NCBI GenBank assembly: GCA_964035575.1
Contig: OZ037839.1
Location: 1,116,001 to 1,180,000, forward strand
Origin: Rhynchopus sp. YZ270_cl-10
Taxonomy: Eukaryota
Direction of reading: 5' to 3'
DNA length: 64,000 bases
Position 1 is the first letter of the stretch, and each line of letters starts with the position of its first letter. Position numbers and translations under genes: made by a program. Below, piece after piece: positions 1 through 12,886 of the stretch. Under the pieces are notes generated by a model that was not told the origin of the DNA, searched no databases, and saw only the letters and a program-made list of their open reading frames with translations.

Positions 1-418
1 CGGCTCCTCAAAAAAGATGACACGCGGCTCGGGGAGGTCATCCCAATCATGTGGGCGATCGGGAAGTACACCGAGAACCTGCTCGTGCCGGCCGACCTGC
101 AAGTGAAGGTGGACGCAGTGAAAGCATCACTTAATAAACGTCGGGAGCGGTACGAACAGTGCCCCGCGACGTTGGTGGCGATGATCCTCCATCCACTACG
201 TCGAAGAAGAGCCAGGAGACGCGCCCCAGTGTCTCACGCCTTTCCTCTTTCCTGAAGGCGTTTGACCCGAGGGATTACCTCGTGAAGGCTGAAGCAGCCG
301 TCAAGACCTTAGGAGGACAAGAAGCACTCTCCGAGTTGGCGAACTTCTTGACGAAGGAGGGGCAGTACCAGTCTCAGTCAATCTGGTCTAGCGCTCCTAA
401 CAAGAAGGTGTGGTTTTG

Positions 419-451
<33 letters not shown>

Positions 452-802
452 GGTATTTACTCTCGTCTCTTTAGCGCTGCCGAAGCAGTGTGGCTGCTCT
501 TTTTTTGTTCTATCCAGAGTAAACCCGGGACCGTGTCCCGGGTTTTTTCTTATCCTTTTTGATTAAATTCATACAGCCCGAAGACTGGTGGTGCATTACA
601 GGGAAGCTGCTGAAGGGAGTACACCTGCCAAAACTAGGGGGGAAAATATTGCAGAATTGTTCCGCATTCTGCGAATCAGGAGAGATTCTTCTCCACAATC
701 GGGAGGATAAGTGGCGGTAGGGAATCCCTACAGATCCCCCGGCTCCACAAGCTGGGAGCGGTGAGCACTTGCCTGAAGGACAAGCTGAACAGGGCAAAGT
801 GA
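1..802 (+). pseudogene. hAT transposase 3' half, frameshifted, with one intron (408-576)
   Basis: Fragments translate to ATLVAMILHP...; ...SAPNKK|PEDWW (GT at 408 and AG at 576 keep the frame); and, after a 1-nt shift near 640, RIVPHSANQERFFSTIGRISGGRESLQIPRLHKL, ending at TGA 800-802. WW...P.SA..ER.FS is the hAT C-terminal dimerisation signature. Confidence 0.75.
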
Positions 803-1674
803 TTAAAATTGTGTTTCCTTTTTTTTGAAAAAAAGGAGGGAGAGGGTCGGGGGAACTGTGACTATCAATAACCATCAATAAACGCCACTCTCTTTGTATG
901 GTGGTGTTATGTGCGAAAACTCAGTGTGAAGTGTACGTCTTTTATCGGTCTTTTATGTCTTTTATTATTTCTTTTTTCGATTTTCAGGGACCCTCAGGTG
1001 TAATGGGGTGAAAGTATGTGAAGGTGGGTGTTAGTGCGGTACCCAATACAGAAATATATCCGTTCCGCTTTATCAGATCTCGACGTTTGTTGCATTGCAC
1101 GCTTCCACAGGGGTTGGGAGACTCGCAGTAGGATCAGTCTTTCTCATGCACAATATTAATATTCAATCCCACTACGTGGCGAGTTCCTTGAGTCATCGGA
1201 TCCTTAAACGCAGGAGCCTGAAACTCACCAGGGACCGGAGCACCACCGATGAAGCTTGCCATTTGGTTTATGTTCTGAGCAGAGTTGTCCACGTAGAGCG
1301 ACACAGTTTTCTCACTTTGCCATCCGTAATGTCTCTTCAACTGTGACGTCGCACCGGCATCTGCTGCAAGGCACGCACTTGTACGTCTCAGTGTGTGGTG
1401 AGGGACAAAAGCAGTTCCTCGTGCTGTATGGATCCCGCGGGAAAAATGACATTATTTTTATCGGTAAAAAATAGTCGTTTTTGTGAGTGGAACAAAAGTT
1501 TTTTGCCTGGCTGACATTGGCGAAGGAATTTTGCATTTTTGACCACCACAGATTACACGTTGTTTTACGTGTTTGTGTCTGCACTTATGCGTACAAGAAG
1601 CATGCCACCGGTGTTAACTTTTTACTGGCGTGGCTGCATAACCGATTCCCCATGGTTCTACCGTGTTTCTACCA

Positions 1675-2220
1675 GTACACAGGTACACAGGTACACAGGT
1701 ACACAGGTACACAGGTACACAGGTACACAGGTACACAGGTACACAGGTACACAGGTACACAGGTACACAGGTACACAGGTACACAGGTACACAGGTACAC
1801 AGGTACACAGGTACACAGGTACACAGGTACACAGGTACACAGGTACACAGGTACACAGGTACACAGGTACACAGGTACACAGGTACACAGGTACACAGGT
1901 ACACAGGTACACAGGTACACAGGTACACAGGTACACAGGTACACAGGTACACAGGTACACAGGTACACAGGTACACAGGTACACAGGTACACAGGTACAC
2001 AGGTACACAGGTACACAGGTACACAGGTACACAGGTACACAGGTACACAGGTACACAGGTACACAGGTACACAGGTACACAGGTACACAGGTACACAGGT
2101 ACACAGGTACACAGGTACACAGGTACACAGGTACACAGGTACACAGGTACACAGGTACACAGGTACACAGGTACACAGGTACACAGGTACACAGGTACAC
2201 AGGTACACAGGTACACAGGT
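1675..2220. repeat. Perfect 8-bp tandem array (GTACACAG)n, ~68 copies
   Basis: Read directly; no interruptions seen. Confidence 0.98.
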
Positions 2221-2285
2221 CCATGGTCGTCGGCGTGTCCAGCACCTTGTCCACCAGTGACAGCGTCCAACAGCGCTTGTAACGC

Positions 2286-2517
2286 ACAGTACCTACAGTA
2301 CCTACAGTACCTACAGTACCTACAGTACCTACAGTACCTACAGTACCTACAGTACCTACAGTACCTACAGTACCTACAGTACCTACAGTACCTACAGTAC
2401 CTACAGTACCTACAGTACCTACAGTACCTACAGTACCTACAGTACCTACAGTACCTACAGTACCTACAGTACCTACAGTACCTACAGTACCTACAGTACC
2501 TACAGTACCTACAGTAC
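2286..2517. repeat. Perfect 9-bp tandem array (ACAGTACCT)n, ~25 copies
   Basis: Read directly; starts 65 bp after the 8-mer array. Confidence 0.98.
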
Positions 2518-3274
2518 ACAGTGTTCAACTTTTACAAGGCGGGGAAAATTTTTTTGGGGGCTGATTCGCACTTTTTCCGCACTTTTTCAGCACTTTTCCG
2601 CACTTTTTGCTCCCCCCTTTTCAGCCACACCATCTTAGGTCACAATTTTTTGAAATGTTGCGTACCGTGCGCCAGAAAGTTCTGATATCATGACCGCCGT
2701 TTCTTCTTGTACTGAGGGAAGGTTCCGTGGAAAAAACATGAGAAGGGGTTGGTTTAGTTCTTGATGTACTGCAGCGTTTCCTGTGCTGCGGGGTAGGGGG
2801 CGATGACACATAATTGTGCACGATGACAACACGATTTCGCTTTTTTTGTTTTTTTAGTGGTAGTTTGTGTACTCAAAATAACGGAGGGAAAAGTCATCCC
2901 CAAAGACCCCGAATCCCAAAATTGTGACCGGTTCCCAGTGACCCATCAAAGTTGGGTGTGGGGTGCAGTTACTCGACACACCCTCAAACCCCCCTCTGAA
3001 CACGAAAGCTTCCCCGGAAAGTCAATCACACTCGATCGCGTGCAATCGCAGTGCATTGAACTCTTACAGTATGTGCACACCACACCTGCAAGAGATGAGA
3101 AGACGTGAAGCAACCCCACCGCCGTCGTGAGGGCTTCCAAAACCATGTAGGTCATTGTTCCCCTTTCCTTTGGCTCGATTAATGTTGGCCTGAAAACGGG
3201 GAGGAGCACACTGGGTAGAAACCTACTGCACAACAAACCACGGTACGCATACCACACCAGGGTTGCTTCCCCCC

Positions 3275-3688
3275 CGGTGTCTTGATCCTCTCGCTCTCCT
3301 CACGCTTGCCCATTGTTCACCCAGTTTCCACTAAAATATCGTGTCCACTCGAACACCTGTCGCCTGACCACACCTCCCCATCCCTCGGCCGTCCTCCAAC
3401 CGCACTGCACGACGCTCTGTGCCAGTCGCAGTTGTCGACAACGAATGCGAAGAGATGCTGTGCACAGCGTGAATGCCACATCCTGTGTAGATGAACTCTA
3501 CCCAAGGCTGCTGACGGGGTGTCAGCAGGCAGACACAAAAGAAGCAACCTTGCAACACCAACGAGCCTCACGCAAAAGAAAGAACGGGACAAAAAGCACC
3601 AAGCCATCACGAGTTGAAAGCTCTGCTTTGACCCACCACAGACCCGCTGTGTCCCTCCCATGCTGTCCACAGCACTGCCCCCACCCTC
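3275..3688 (+). repeat. ~415-bp internal dispersed repeat R (full copies also at 8311-8725, 24405-24818, 29441-29855; partial at 4720-4905, 10796-10875 and their duplicates)
   Basis: CGGTGTCTTGATCCTCTCG...CACTGCCCCCACCCTCA recurs. The 3' core CGAGTTGAAAGCTCTGCTTTGACCCACCACAGACCC occurs 8 times in the window. Confidence 0.93.
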
Positions 3689-5377
3689 ACCAACGCCACC
3701 AATAACCCTGTACAGAGCACAGCCTCATCCACCCTACCTGCCCGCCACCTCACAAGCGTCACTCAACCTCTCATTCTCAGACCGTTCACAAACGCAGCAC
3801 CGACACCCTGCTCTCTCGTGTGTCACAAGCCTTGCCCCCTCCTCGTCTTTGCTGGCAGCACATAACCCAAAAGGTCCCCTCCCATCCCCAACGTTCTCAT
3901 CAGCAGTTTTGGAGCCTTTCAAATGAGGGCCTCCGTTTTCTACTTTATTGTTTGTCCCTCTCCACCTGGCTCTCATTGACCCACACCCACCCCAAATGAC
4001 TGCATTGTGCATGGCATGCAGTGTGGTGTGTTGATCAGAACACAGCCATCATTACCCACCCCACCCGCAAGCAGCACAACCCTCTCACCTAGACACCACC
4101 CGCAACACACAATACGTGACGCCCTTCGCTCGTTCTCCCTCCTCACGCGACACACAACGCTTCAAACAAACCCAACAACACTGCACGCCCACCACGCCTG
4201 CACCCTGCTTGGAACCTCCCCTCCCCTCCCTACGTCGCATGCTTGCGGTTCCGTGCAAGGCAACAAAACAGTGCAACACCTTGAACACCAAGTGTGCAGG
4301 TGGTGTGCCAGGCTGCAAACACCACCATCCACCCACAACAACACAACACCAGCGCCAAACCACCCACCCCGTCTAGCATACACAGCCGTGCACCACCAAG
4401 ACGCACACCGGAGCAGTCGTGGTGTGCGCTGCCACTTTGCTGCAATGCATCCCACCTGCCAGTTGCGGATACGCGAAGTGCAGCACAGCACCACCCACCT
4501 ACCGTACAGCAAACACCACCCAGGATGTGTTACGTGTATGGTGTCACCACCCCCCACCACCACTCCCCATTTCCCCAAACCAGCCTTGCACCTCACCGCA
4601 ATAGCGCACCACACCCTCATGGATCCCAACGCTCTTCTCGCTTCGCAAAAGCACACTCTAGCATCTAAAAGACCCGTCTGTAAGGTATTGCAAAATGCAA
4701 AGACCCACTCTGCCAAAGCGTCCTGTGTAGATGAACTCTACCCAAGGTTTCTGACGGGGTGTCAGCAGGCAGAGGGGCCGCGTAATCGCCACAAGCAAGA
4801 ACGGGACAAAAATAAAATGCACCAAGCTATCACGAGTTGAAAGCTCTGCTTTGACCCACCACAGACCCGCTGTGTCCCTCCCATGCTGTCCATAGCACTG
4901 CCCCCATGCTGATCCATGCTCTCAATGCTCTATATCCTGACGACCTTCGCGCGCGCTCATCCATACAACCACAGGAAGGAGAGGGGAGGAAGGTGGGCGC
5001 CGCAGGTGAAAAAGAAAAACTGATATCTGAGTTTTAGCTAGTCTGATAAACGAAAGAAACGAAATCAGAAAAATAATTTTTCGTTGATTGCACCAAATTT
5101 TTGTGGAGTGTGTCGGGACAAAAACAAAAACTTTTCTATGAATAAGTTGTGTCGTGTTGGTGTCGCTCTCACCAAAAATTCGGGCACCCTCAGATACGTT
5201 TTCATTTCCTCCCCTCCAACCTTTGCAAGGCAGTTGTTTCAAAAAAGCAAAACCAAAAAAAAAATGCACTATTCGCAGTTTTGCCAATACAGTACTGTAT
5301 GTGCTTTTGTTTTTATGAAGACAGCAAGAGCGCCGCAGGCGCACGGTACGCTACTTTTGTCCTTCAATCCTGCCAGA

Positions 5378-6960
5378 AACTGTCAAAAGTGCCTGCCAAA
5401 TTATTACGGACATGACTGTGATGTTCATTGCACCGACGACGTCACATGCCGTGGCAATGGTCAATGTGATGCCAGCGGGAAGTGCCTGTGTGAGGATAAG
5501 TACAACGCAACCGCGGATTGCGGGAACCAAGCATCGGTTTTTTTTTTTTGCGATCCACATTTCTCCAACGCTGACAACGAAGAGCACGACTTCCATGGTG
5601 CTGACGCTTCTGGATACTACGCGTACACAGCTGACGATGTGGGTGTGACTACTTGGCACTACTTCTGCGACGAAAAGCTTCAGAAAGGCATGACTTGTGT
5701 GGAGCGCGTGGCCATCCTACAGAAGAGCAACGGGGACGTGCTCGGGTTCAAGAGGACAGACAGGGATGGTGACTTCTGTCAAGCTGACGTCGTGCCAAGG
5801 GTCGTTTATGAACCTGGCCTCGTGCCCTCGATGGTGCTCTCAGCAGCATGCGGTGCGAGGCACCGAAGCACGAACGTGGTGCGACGGTGGCTCTGCTGGA
5901 CTCGGCTGGGCGTGTCAAAATGCTTCTCACTGTGTGGAATATGGATTTCGGGGATCCGCTTCTCAGCTTCTCCCTTCAGGTCAACGCCGCTCTTTTCGAG
6001 GAGCATTCGCTTGCGCTGCGCTCCAGGAAGGCATGTGGTACATGGTATGCGTAGTGTGTTTGCACTACGTGCCAGGTGAGGGCTGCACCAACCATATGAT
6101 TGACTCGCTCATGTTCAAGGAGCAGGGGAGCGAGAAGTCCTGCTTCTGCCCGAGCGAGGCGAACCACCTCCCGTCAGACAAGCACCCCTGCACCTGGGAA
6201 GGCACTTGGCAGGCTTGTAGAGTTGCGCGAGGTACTGACACTGAGAACGTTGGCCCGCTGACGTTCGGTGACGAAGCCACCCTGATTGAGGCACGTGTAC
6301 GGATGCGGAGTGCAACGAAGTGGGCACGCATTGTCGACTTTGGGAACGGTGCACAGGGGAGCGTCGTTCTGCCAGAGAAGGCTGTCGAAGAAGCTGGGCT
6401 TTGAGACACATTCCTTCGATGCGTGCAACACAGCACAGGGGAGGCGGGTGAATTCATCTGTCGCATTGCCTGAGGAAGAGGACGTGTGGACGTGGTGCGT
6501 TCACACTAACTAAAGAAGGGGTGGCACAACAACGAACAGGTGGCGCAGGTGCGTGGGTGGCACTGCCTGAGTTTGGTACACGTGTGGAGAACCATGTGAG
6601 GACACCGAAGAAGAGAAGCGGGGATGGCTGGGACGGAGACATCGAGTACCTGACCTTCAGCACCTGCTTCGTGCACTCGCCTGCACTCCCCTCTGAGTGG
6701 TGCCTCAACCTCCCGAAAGCGAAGCACCCTGTGTCTCCTGGGGAGGTGCTCGGGCGGTTTGTGCAGGTCGAGGAAGCGTAGCCAGGGGCAGCGATGTTGG
6801 CCCGCTCACGTTTGGTGACGGGGCCATCATGATTGAGGCACGTGTGCAGATGCGGAGTGCAACGAAGTAGGCCAGCATCATCGACTTTGGGAACGGTACT
6901 GCAAAGGGGAACGTCGTGTTCGGGCAGAGAAGCGTATCGCAGAAGCTGAGCTTTGAGTCG
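5378..6960 (+). pseudogene. Degenerate fragments of an extracellular protein: EGF/laminin-EGF-like module and two possible LamG/ConA-like modules
   Basis: CQKCLPNYYGHDCDVHC...CRGNGQCDASGKCLCEDKY...DC has EGF-type Cys spacing. VGPLTFGDEATLIEARVRMRSATKWARIVDFGNG occurs at ~6258 and ~6795, the second copy with a TAG stop. Multiple frameshifts. Confidence 0.65.
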
Positions 6961-9539
6961 CACAAGAGAGCAGAAACCCAAAAACACAAAAGGGGGAGGG
7001 CAAGGGGAGTCACAACATCTCTCTCGACACCGTGGCAAGCACGACACCGCTTTTATCGCCGAAAATAAAGTACAAATCGAAGAAAGTCTGATGGCAGACT
7101 TGGCTGCTTCAGTCAAGCCGGGTGACGGCCAGCGGTCTCATGACAGGCATTTGCGCAGGTTGTGCAAAGCACCACAACAGATGCCCTCTTCATCCCTAGC
7201 AAAGCCTTCGTCACGACAGGGATAATTGACGATCTTTGCTCTCCTCTCCCCGGTTGTGGCGAATGATGTCGTTACGGAGACAAGGATGAAGTTGTTTGAT
7301 GAGGATGGGGCGAAATGGGGAAATCGCAAAAACCCGTAGTACTTAGTACTCAGGAAAACAGGGCCAAAAAAAAGCTCGGGACTTTTTGGGACTTTTGGGA
7401 TTTTTGGGCCGCGACAGAGCGAGCCCTGTACTAACTGTGGGACGTCCTGTCGCGTCGGATCAGGCTGACTAAGGGGTATGTGTGCTGATCCACCCTAGCC
7501 ATAGTGTGCGGGCGAGCCGTTTTGGGCGAGTCTCGCCCACCCCAGATTTTCAGGGAAAACTCGCCTAAATTTGGGTGCAAATCCTGATGCGCACATTCAC
7601 CTTGGGGGTGAAAATGGAGGGCGGGGGTGACTGATGATAACATGCCACTCGAAAACACAAAAATTTATTTCCCAACCCAACAACACTGATAAAGCGTGAA
7701 AGAGAATAAATAAAAGCAAAGCGCCCCCAATCCCCCTGTACCCTCAGTTTCCCAAAATTCGTTTATCGTTCAGCGAATTCGAATGTTCCACGAATTCTAT
7801 AAATCGAATTATATAACCCAAACCCAAACCACGTAGTTCTCACATTACGGTTCCCTTCTCTTCTGCAGCACACAGCCTCTCACCTCTCAACAGACGAGGC
7901 AAAGGCAGCTAAAAAATAGCGTCCCCAGACAACTGAACAGGGTCGGCCTCAGCACTGTGGGTGCAGCTGTGTCCATACACAGAAGAACCCCGCAGAGCCG
8001 ACGGTCCTAGGACTCTGATGCGCTGAGGGGCTGGGCAGGACTCAAGGGTACAGTCATTGAACACTGCTACACAGCAGTAAGGTCGCCTGGCTGCCCTCAT
8101 TGAAAGCATCCTCGCCTTTGACATCAGCAGATGAAAGTAACTGGCAGTACGACCATAATAGAAGACACACCAGTGTCTATGGCAAGACAAGCTTCCCCCC
8201 AGCCCCAAGTCCCAAACCGAATGAGAGTGCCACAGGTGGCTCTCCCACAGCCAGTACCACACCCCAAAGAGAGAGAACTCAGTAAGGACCCTGCCGTCCC
8301 AGTTGCCCCTCGGTGTCTTGATCCTCTCGCTCTCCTCACGCTTGCCCATTGTTCACCCAGTTTCCACCAAAATGTCGTGTCCACTCGAACACCTGTCGCC
8401 TGACCACACCTCCCCATCCCTCGGCCGTCCTCCAACCGCACTGCACGACGCTCTGTGCCAGTCGCAGTTGTCGACAACGAATGCGAAGAGATGCTGTGCA
8501 CAGCGTGAATGCCACATCCTGTGTAGATGAACTCTACCCAAGGCTGCTGACGGGGTGTCAGCAGGCAGACACAAAAGAAGCAACCTTGCAACACCAACGA
8601 GCCTCACGCAAAAGAAAGACCGGGACAAAAAGCACCAAGCCATCACGAGTTGAAAGCTCTGCTTTGACCCACCACAGACCCGCTGTGTCCCTCCCATGCT
8701 GTCCACAGCACTGCCCCCACCCTCAGGAATGCTCCCAATACTCTCCTGCATCTGCCGTACACTGCGTCACATGCCTGTCCTTGCATGGAAGAACGCCAAG
8801 GTGCTCTCGTGCTGCAACCACAGACAAGCTGAGGCGCGAGACAATGCACGAAAGCACCCCACGGCCAGCCACAGTTTCCCCTCTCCCATCACCACACCAC
8901 AAACGGTGGAAGCGCCCCACCCAAACCCCCCCACACTCACACTGCACCTCCCTGCCCACACCCAACCCCCTAACCCACAGACCTTCACCAACCTGCGACA
9001 TCAATACCTGACAAGCAGTCATCTGAGCCAAAGTGGCAAATGGAAAACAATGCGTTTCAGCCGGAAAACACGAAAATGCTCGAGAGACTCGTTACTCTTT
9101 GCTTGTTACTCAAAAGGCTAAAAACGGGAAGGGGAAAATCTTAACGTACACTCTCTGTTGATTCTAAAACGGGGGAGGATAAAAAAGCGCGAAAGGCAAA
9201 TTGGGGAAGAGGTTAGATATGTTGGACATGTCAAATGGCATGTCCCCGAAAAATTAAAGGTTGTTTGTTGTTCGCTTCCAGGGTGCGTCAGTGGTACAAC
9301 AAGCGGGGAGGTGGATACGCAGAGCGCGACTGTTCACGAGGGTCTCGAGCATTTTGTCAAATACTATGTGTTTATTGAAAATGATCCAAACTGCTCAAAA
9401 CACCGTTTATCTGCGGAGAATGTGTCAAAGGAGTCGAAGGAGTGTTCGTGGTGGAGGTCGGGGTACGGTGAGCAGAAGTATTGAACTGCAGGAGAAGAGG
9501 TGGAGGAGGGGCTGCACAGACACGAGCAGCAACTGTGCC

Positions 9540-10470
9540 TCACTGTCGCAACGGCCCATCACCATACCGGCGGTGCTCCACAGGGTATGGACGGACCAAA
9601 CTGCGTTGAAGTTGTCACCGCACGACTGCAGGCCGAACCATGGTACGCAGTAGAAAGGGCTGTGGACCTATTGGCATGGTACGGTACAGTTCGCTGCACA
9701 CCTCATCGGGTGAGGAGCTCTATTGCATGGCTGTCGACTTTAAGAAACGCTTCGGCACATGCCCATACATGCCATATCACTAGCCGAACATCTCGGGTTT
9801 GACCACACTGTCACCACCGTGCTGAGAAAAGCTTATGCTGGAATGAAGCAACGTCAAATGCGATGCGTCTGTCGGCTAACCGTTTCTCCTCACCACCTGC
9901 ATCAGAACAGTAGAACCAGCAGAACAACGAGCTTGACTGCATAGGTGATGGCGTATGCGCAACCGGCAATTGACAATGCAACCCCAAGGCTTCGGGCATC
10001 CAACCACATTGCTACCCGCACCGAGACCTCCTATGGCAGCCTGCAAAGAGTCACGACGCTGCCTACCCCGACACCATCACACCACCATCAACGCAGTGTT
10101 GCTTCTACGACATCCATCACGAGCAAGGCCCAACAACATGGCGTGGAGATAGGTGCCTGCTTGGCAAGGCAGGTCTCTTACAGCAAACGCATACGGAACA
10201 CGGGGCACGTGCCCTCCGTTCCATGTGGTGTAGAAGGGGACACTTCATGACGCATCCATAAGGCCTGATGCGAGGTCTGTGCTGGCCAGAAGGGTAGGCC
10301 CGTGGAGGTGTGTTGCAAGCTGCACCAGCGACGATAACGCCCTCATGGTGTTAATGGGGGCTGTGGGGAGCAAAAGGCTCGCAGGGTGTGTGTGCATGTG
10401 TAATTGCGCTGTGAGGGTGAGAAAGAATGCGAGTCGTACCATAGGTGGGAAATCATTAAAACCTTCCTCC
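9540..10470 (+). pseudogene. Degenerate non-LTR retrotransposon RT remnant (deleted copy)
   Basis: RPITIPAVLHRVW and MAVDFKKRF resemble non-LTR RT motifs (RPI..., DFxKAFD). The segment with the GCP and DD motifs seen in copy 2 is missing near 9905. Confidence 0.6.
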
Positions 10471-11673
10471 CAACCCCCACCCCCACCCCCACCCCCTGCA
10501 TCATGGAACGATCCTTCTGAATAGTCTGCAGTGATGTAAACACCCACTCACTATGGGCTACATTCTGCACTCAGGAACACCCATACTTGACAAGCAACAC
10601 AGCATCATTGAACCTTGTGGACCTTATAGACCACTGCAAGTCCCCCCCACGCTTGCCCGCCCAAGTCCGCAGGCATCGTATGCACTTCGGCCATCTCTGC
10701 CGAAGTGCCAGCATCCGCATACAGCCAACGTCCCTCATTGTTTCAGAATATGGATCGAACCCTCGTTGTTCCCTGATATGTCTTGTTGTTGGCGACGAGT
10801 TGAAAGCTCTGCTTTGACCCACCACAGACCCGCTGTGTCCCTCCCATGCTGTCCACAGCACTGCCCCCACCCTCAGCAATGCTCCTAATGCTCCCACACA
10901 TCTAAAGTATATGTTACAAGAACTTGACCCCACCCTCACCACAGTGGCACCCGATTAGCACCATCATCACTGAAACAAAAAGCACACCCCCTCTTTTATT
11001 TTGGGAAGGCTCGTTTTCCATTTAATCTTACAAAGTAACATCATACATTCCATGGTTCTCCGTATACTTTTTCATATTTTGCACTCAGAAATGTGAGATG
11101 CATATTTTTGATCATCCGACCCCGCAATTGAACGTTTCGAAACGGCCGGAAACGTCTGACCGAGTCAACGTCTGAATCGGTCAGACCGACCGAGTGACCG
11201 GACCTATATAGAACCCTGTAAATACAGTAGGGCACAGACTTGGCGATGATTATACCTAGCTGCGCACACAGGTAAGGCCCTCGTGTATCCTCAAGGAAGT
11301 GTTGGCAAGTGAAAGAACACTGTCGAAAGTGCGGAACATATGTGCAACCTGGTGGAGGGGGTAGTTTTGTGATTAAAAGAAATTGATGCTTTGTGTGGGA
11401 TGGAGTGAAAAATATGGAAGTAACAAAGTGGAATGGTGTGAAGCATGCAAGCGGGATATGAAGCGAAGTGAGGTGAAGTGAGGTGAAGTGAAGGACACGC
11501 AGAGAGCACAAGAGGAACTGTGCCCTTGATCCGACCCCAAAGAAGTGTCCAATGAAGGTGGGTGGTACAGTGGGGATGATTTCTTGCTCACTCAACAAAA
11601 CACTACTCGATCCGCCCAAACACACAGAATAATCCCAACACCCCAATTCCCACTCCCGCTTTCTTTACTGCCG

Positions 11674-12886
11674 CTAAAAACCAACGTCACCTAGTCTGCT
11701 GCGTACAACGTTGCTACACTTGTCCCTTCCGTCGACTTTCGACAACGTTGTGCATTTGTAGAGAAAATCAACACCAATCGTGGTGACTGCTTGTAGGCCG
11801 GTGAAGTCCAATTTCGACAACGTTGTGCAGTTGTAGAGAAAACTGTCACCTATCGTGGTGACTGCTTGCAATCCGGTGAGGTCAACTTCCGACAACGATA
11901 TGCAGTTGCAGAGAAAACTGTCACCAATCGTGGTGACTGCTTGCAGGCCGGTGAAGTCCAATTTCGACAACGATGTGCAGTTGTAGAGAAAATCCTTACC
12001 AATCGTGGTGACTGCTTGCAGGCCGGTGAAGTCCACTTTCGACAACGTTGTGCACTCGGAGAGAAACCAGCCACCAATCGTGGTGACTGCTTGCAGGTCG
12101 GTGAAGTCCAATTTCGACAACGATGTGCAGTTGTAGAGAAACCTGTCACCAATCGTGGTGAGTGCTTGCAGGCCGGTGAAGTCCACTTTCGACAACTTTG
12201 TGCACTCGGAGAGAAACCAGTCACCAATCGTGGTGACTGCTTGCAGGCCTGTGAAGTCCAATTTCGACAACGATGTGCAGGAGGAGAGAAACCCGCCACC
12301 AATCGTGGTGACTGCTTGTAGGCCGGTCAGGTCCACTTTCGACAACGTTGTGCACTCGGAGAGAAAATTGTCACCAATCGTGGTGACTGCTTGCAAGCCG
12401 GTGAAGTCCACTTTCGACAACGATGTGCAGTCGGAGAGAAAATAGTCACCAATCGTGATGACGCAGGGTACTGCAGGCAGGTGCAGTGTGATGCCACAGT
12501 TGTCATCCACATTGGGTACGCAACTGAAACCAATGCGCGTTACGTCACTACCTGAGAAGAAGCCGTATGGAATCTCAGTCGCAACTTCTGCCTGAAGAAG
12601 CAAGCTGGCCACCTTCGGATCCTCCACCTGCTGCAACCTTTCTGCTGTGATGTCTGTCTCACCCAATGCATGAAGAGCTGATATGGCTTCGTACTTCATC
12701 GTTTTCGTCAACACGACTGTGTTCTGTGATGTCCTCTCCTTCCTCCTTCCCTCCGAAGCCCATGCGGAAGCTGTCTTCGCACAACCCTGTTGCAGACGCC
12801 ACCTTCTGCCGCATCGTCTCCGTTGTGTCCTTCTCACCCACCTCAATCACGAAGTCCTTCCCCAAGCCCTGGATAGTCAGTTCCAT
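11674..12886 (-). pseudogene. Ubiquitin-like N-terminus + 24-aa BspA-like LRR array; 14-nt deletion frameshift near 12722
   Basis: ATG at 12886 gives MELTIQGLGKDFVIEVGEKDTTETMRQKVASATGLCEDSFRMGFGGKEEGEDITE, nearly identical to the paralog starting at 47826. CTCCAGCACTCAGT, present in the paralog, is absent here. About 10 repeats of TTIGDxFLxxCTxLSKxDFTGLQAV follow in another frame. Confidence 0.85.

Larger units (their letters stand above)
2873..11001 (+). repeat. Segmental duplication copy 1 (~8.1 kb; copy 2 at 24003-32352)
   Basis: Sequence and ORF track recur at an offset of 21130 from TCAAAATAACGGAGGG. Near-identical to ~8880, then diverged with indels. Confidence 0.97.

Noticed and set aside
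1487..2685. Long ORFs over the 8-mer and 9-mer arrays; likewise the MPSCHHAI ORFs and the poly-G/P ORFs at 59613-61050
   Set aside because: They are open in several frames only because the repeat units lack stop codons; there is no other coding evidence.
3934..3950. GTTTTCTACTTTATTG resembles the 3' end of euglenozoan spliced leaders
   Set aside because: Only ~10 nt match exactly, the 5' part of the leader is absent, and no SL-RNA intron is recognisable.
4007..4840. 277-aa His/Thr/Pro-rich ORF (duplicated at 25137-25970)
   Set aside because: No recognisable domain; the CA-rich composition explains the lack of stops. It may be decayed retroelement sequence, but I cannot support that.
11720..12455. 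Regular 72-nt repeats resembling a CRISPR array
   Set aside because: They are in-frame LRR coding repeats without unique spacers; there are no cas genes and the context is eukaryotic.
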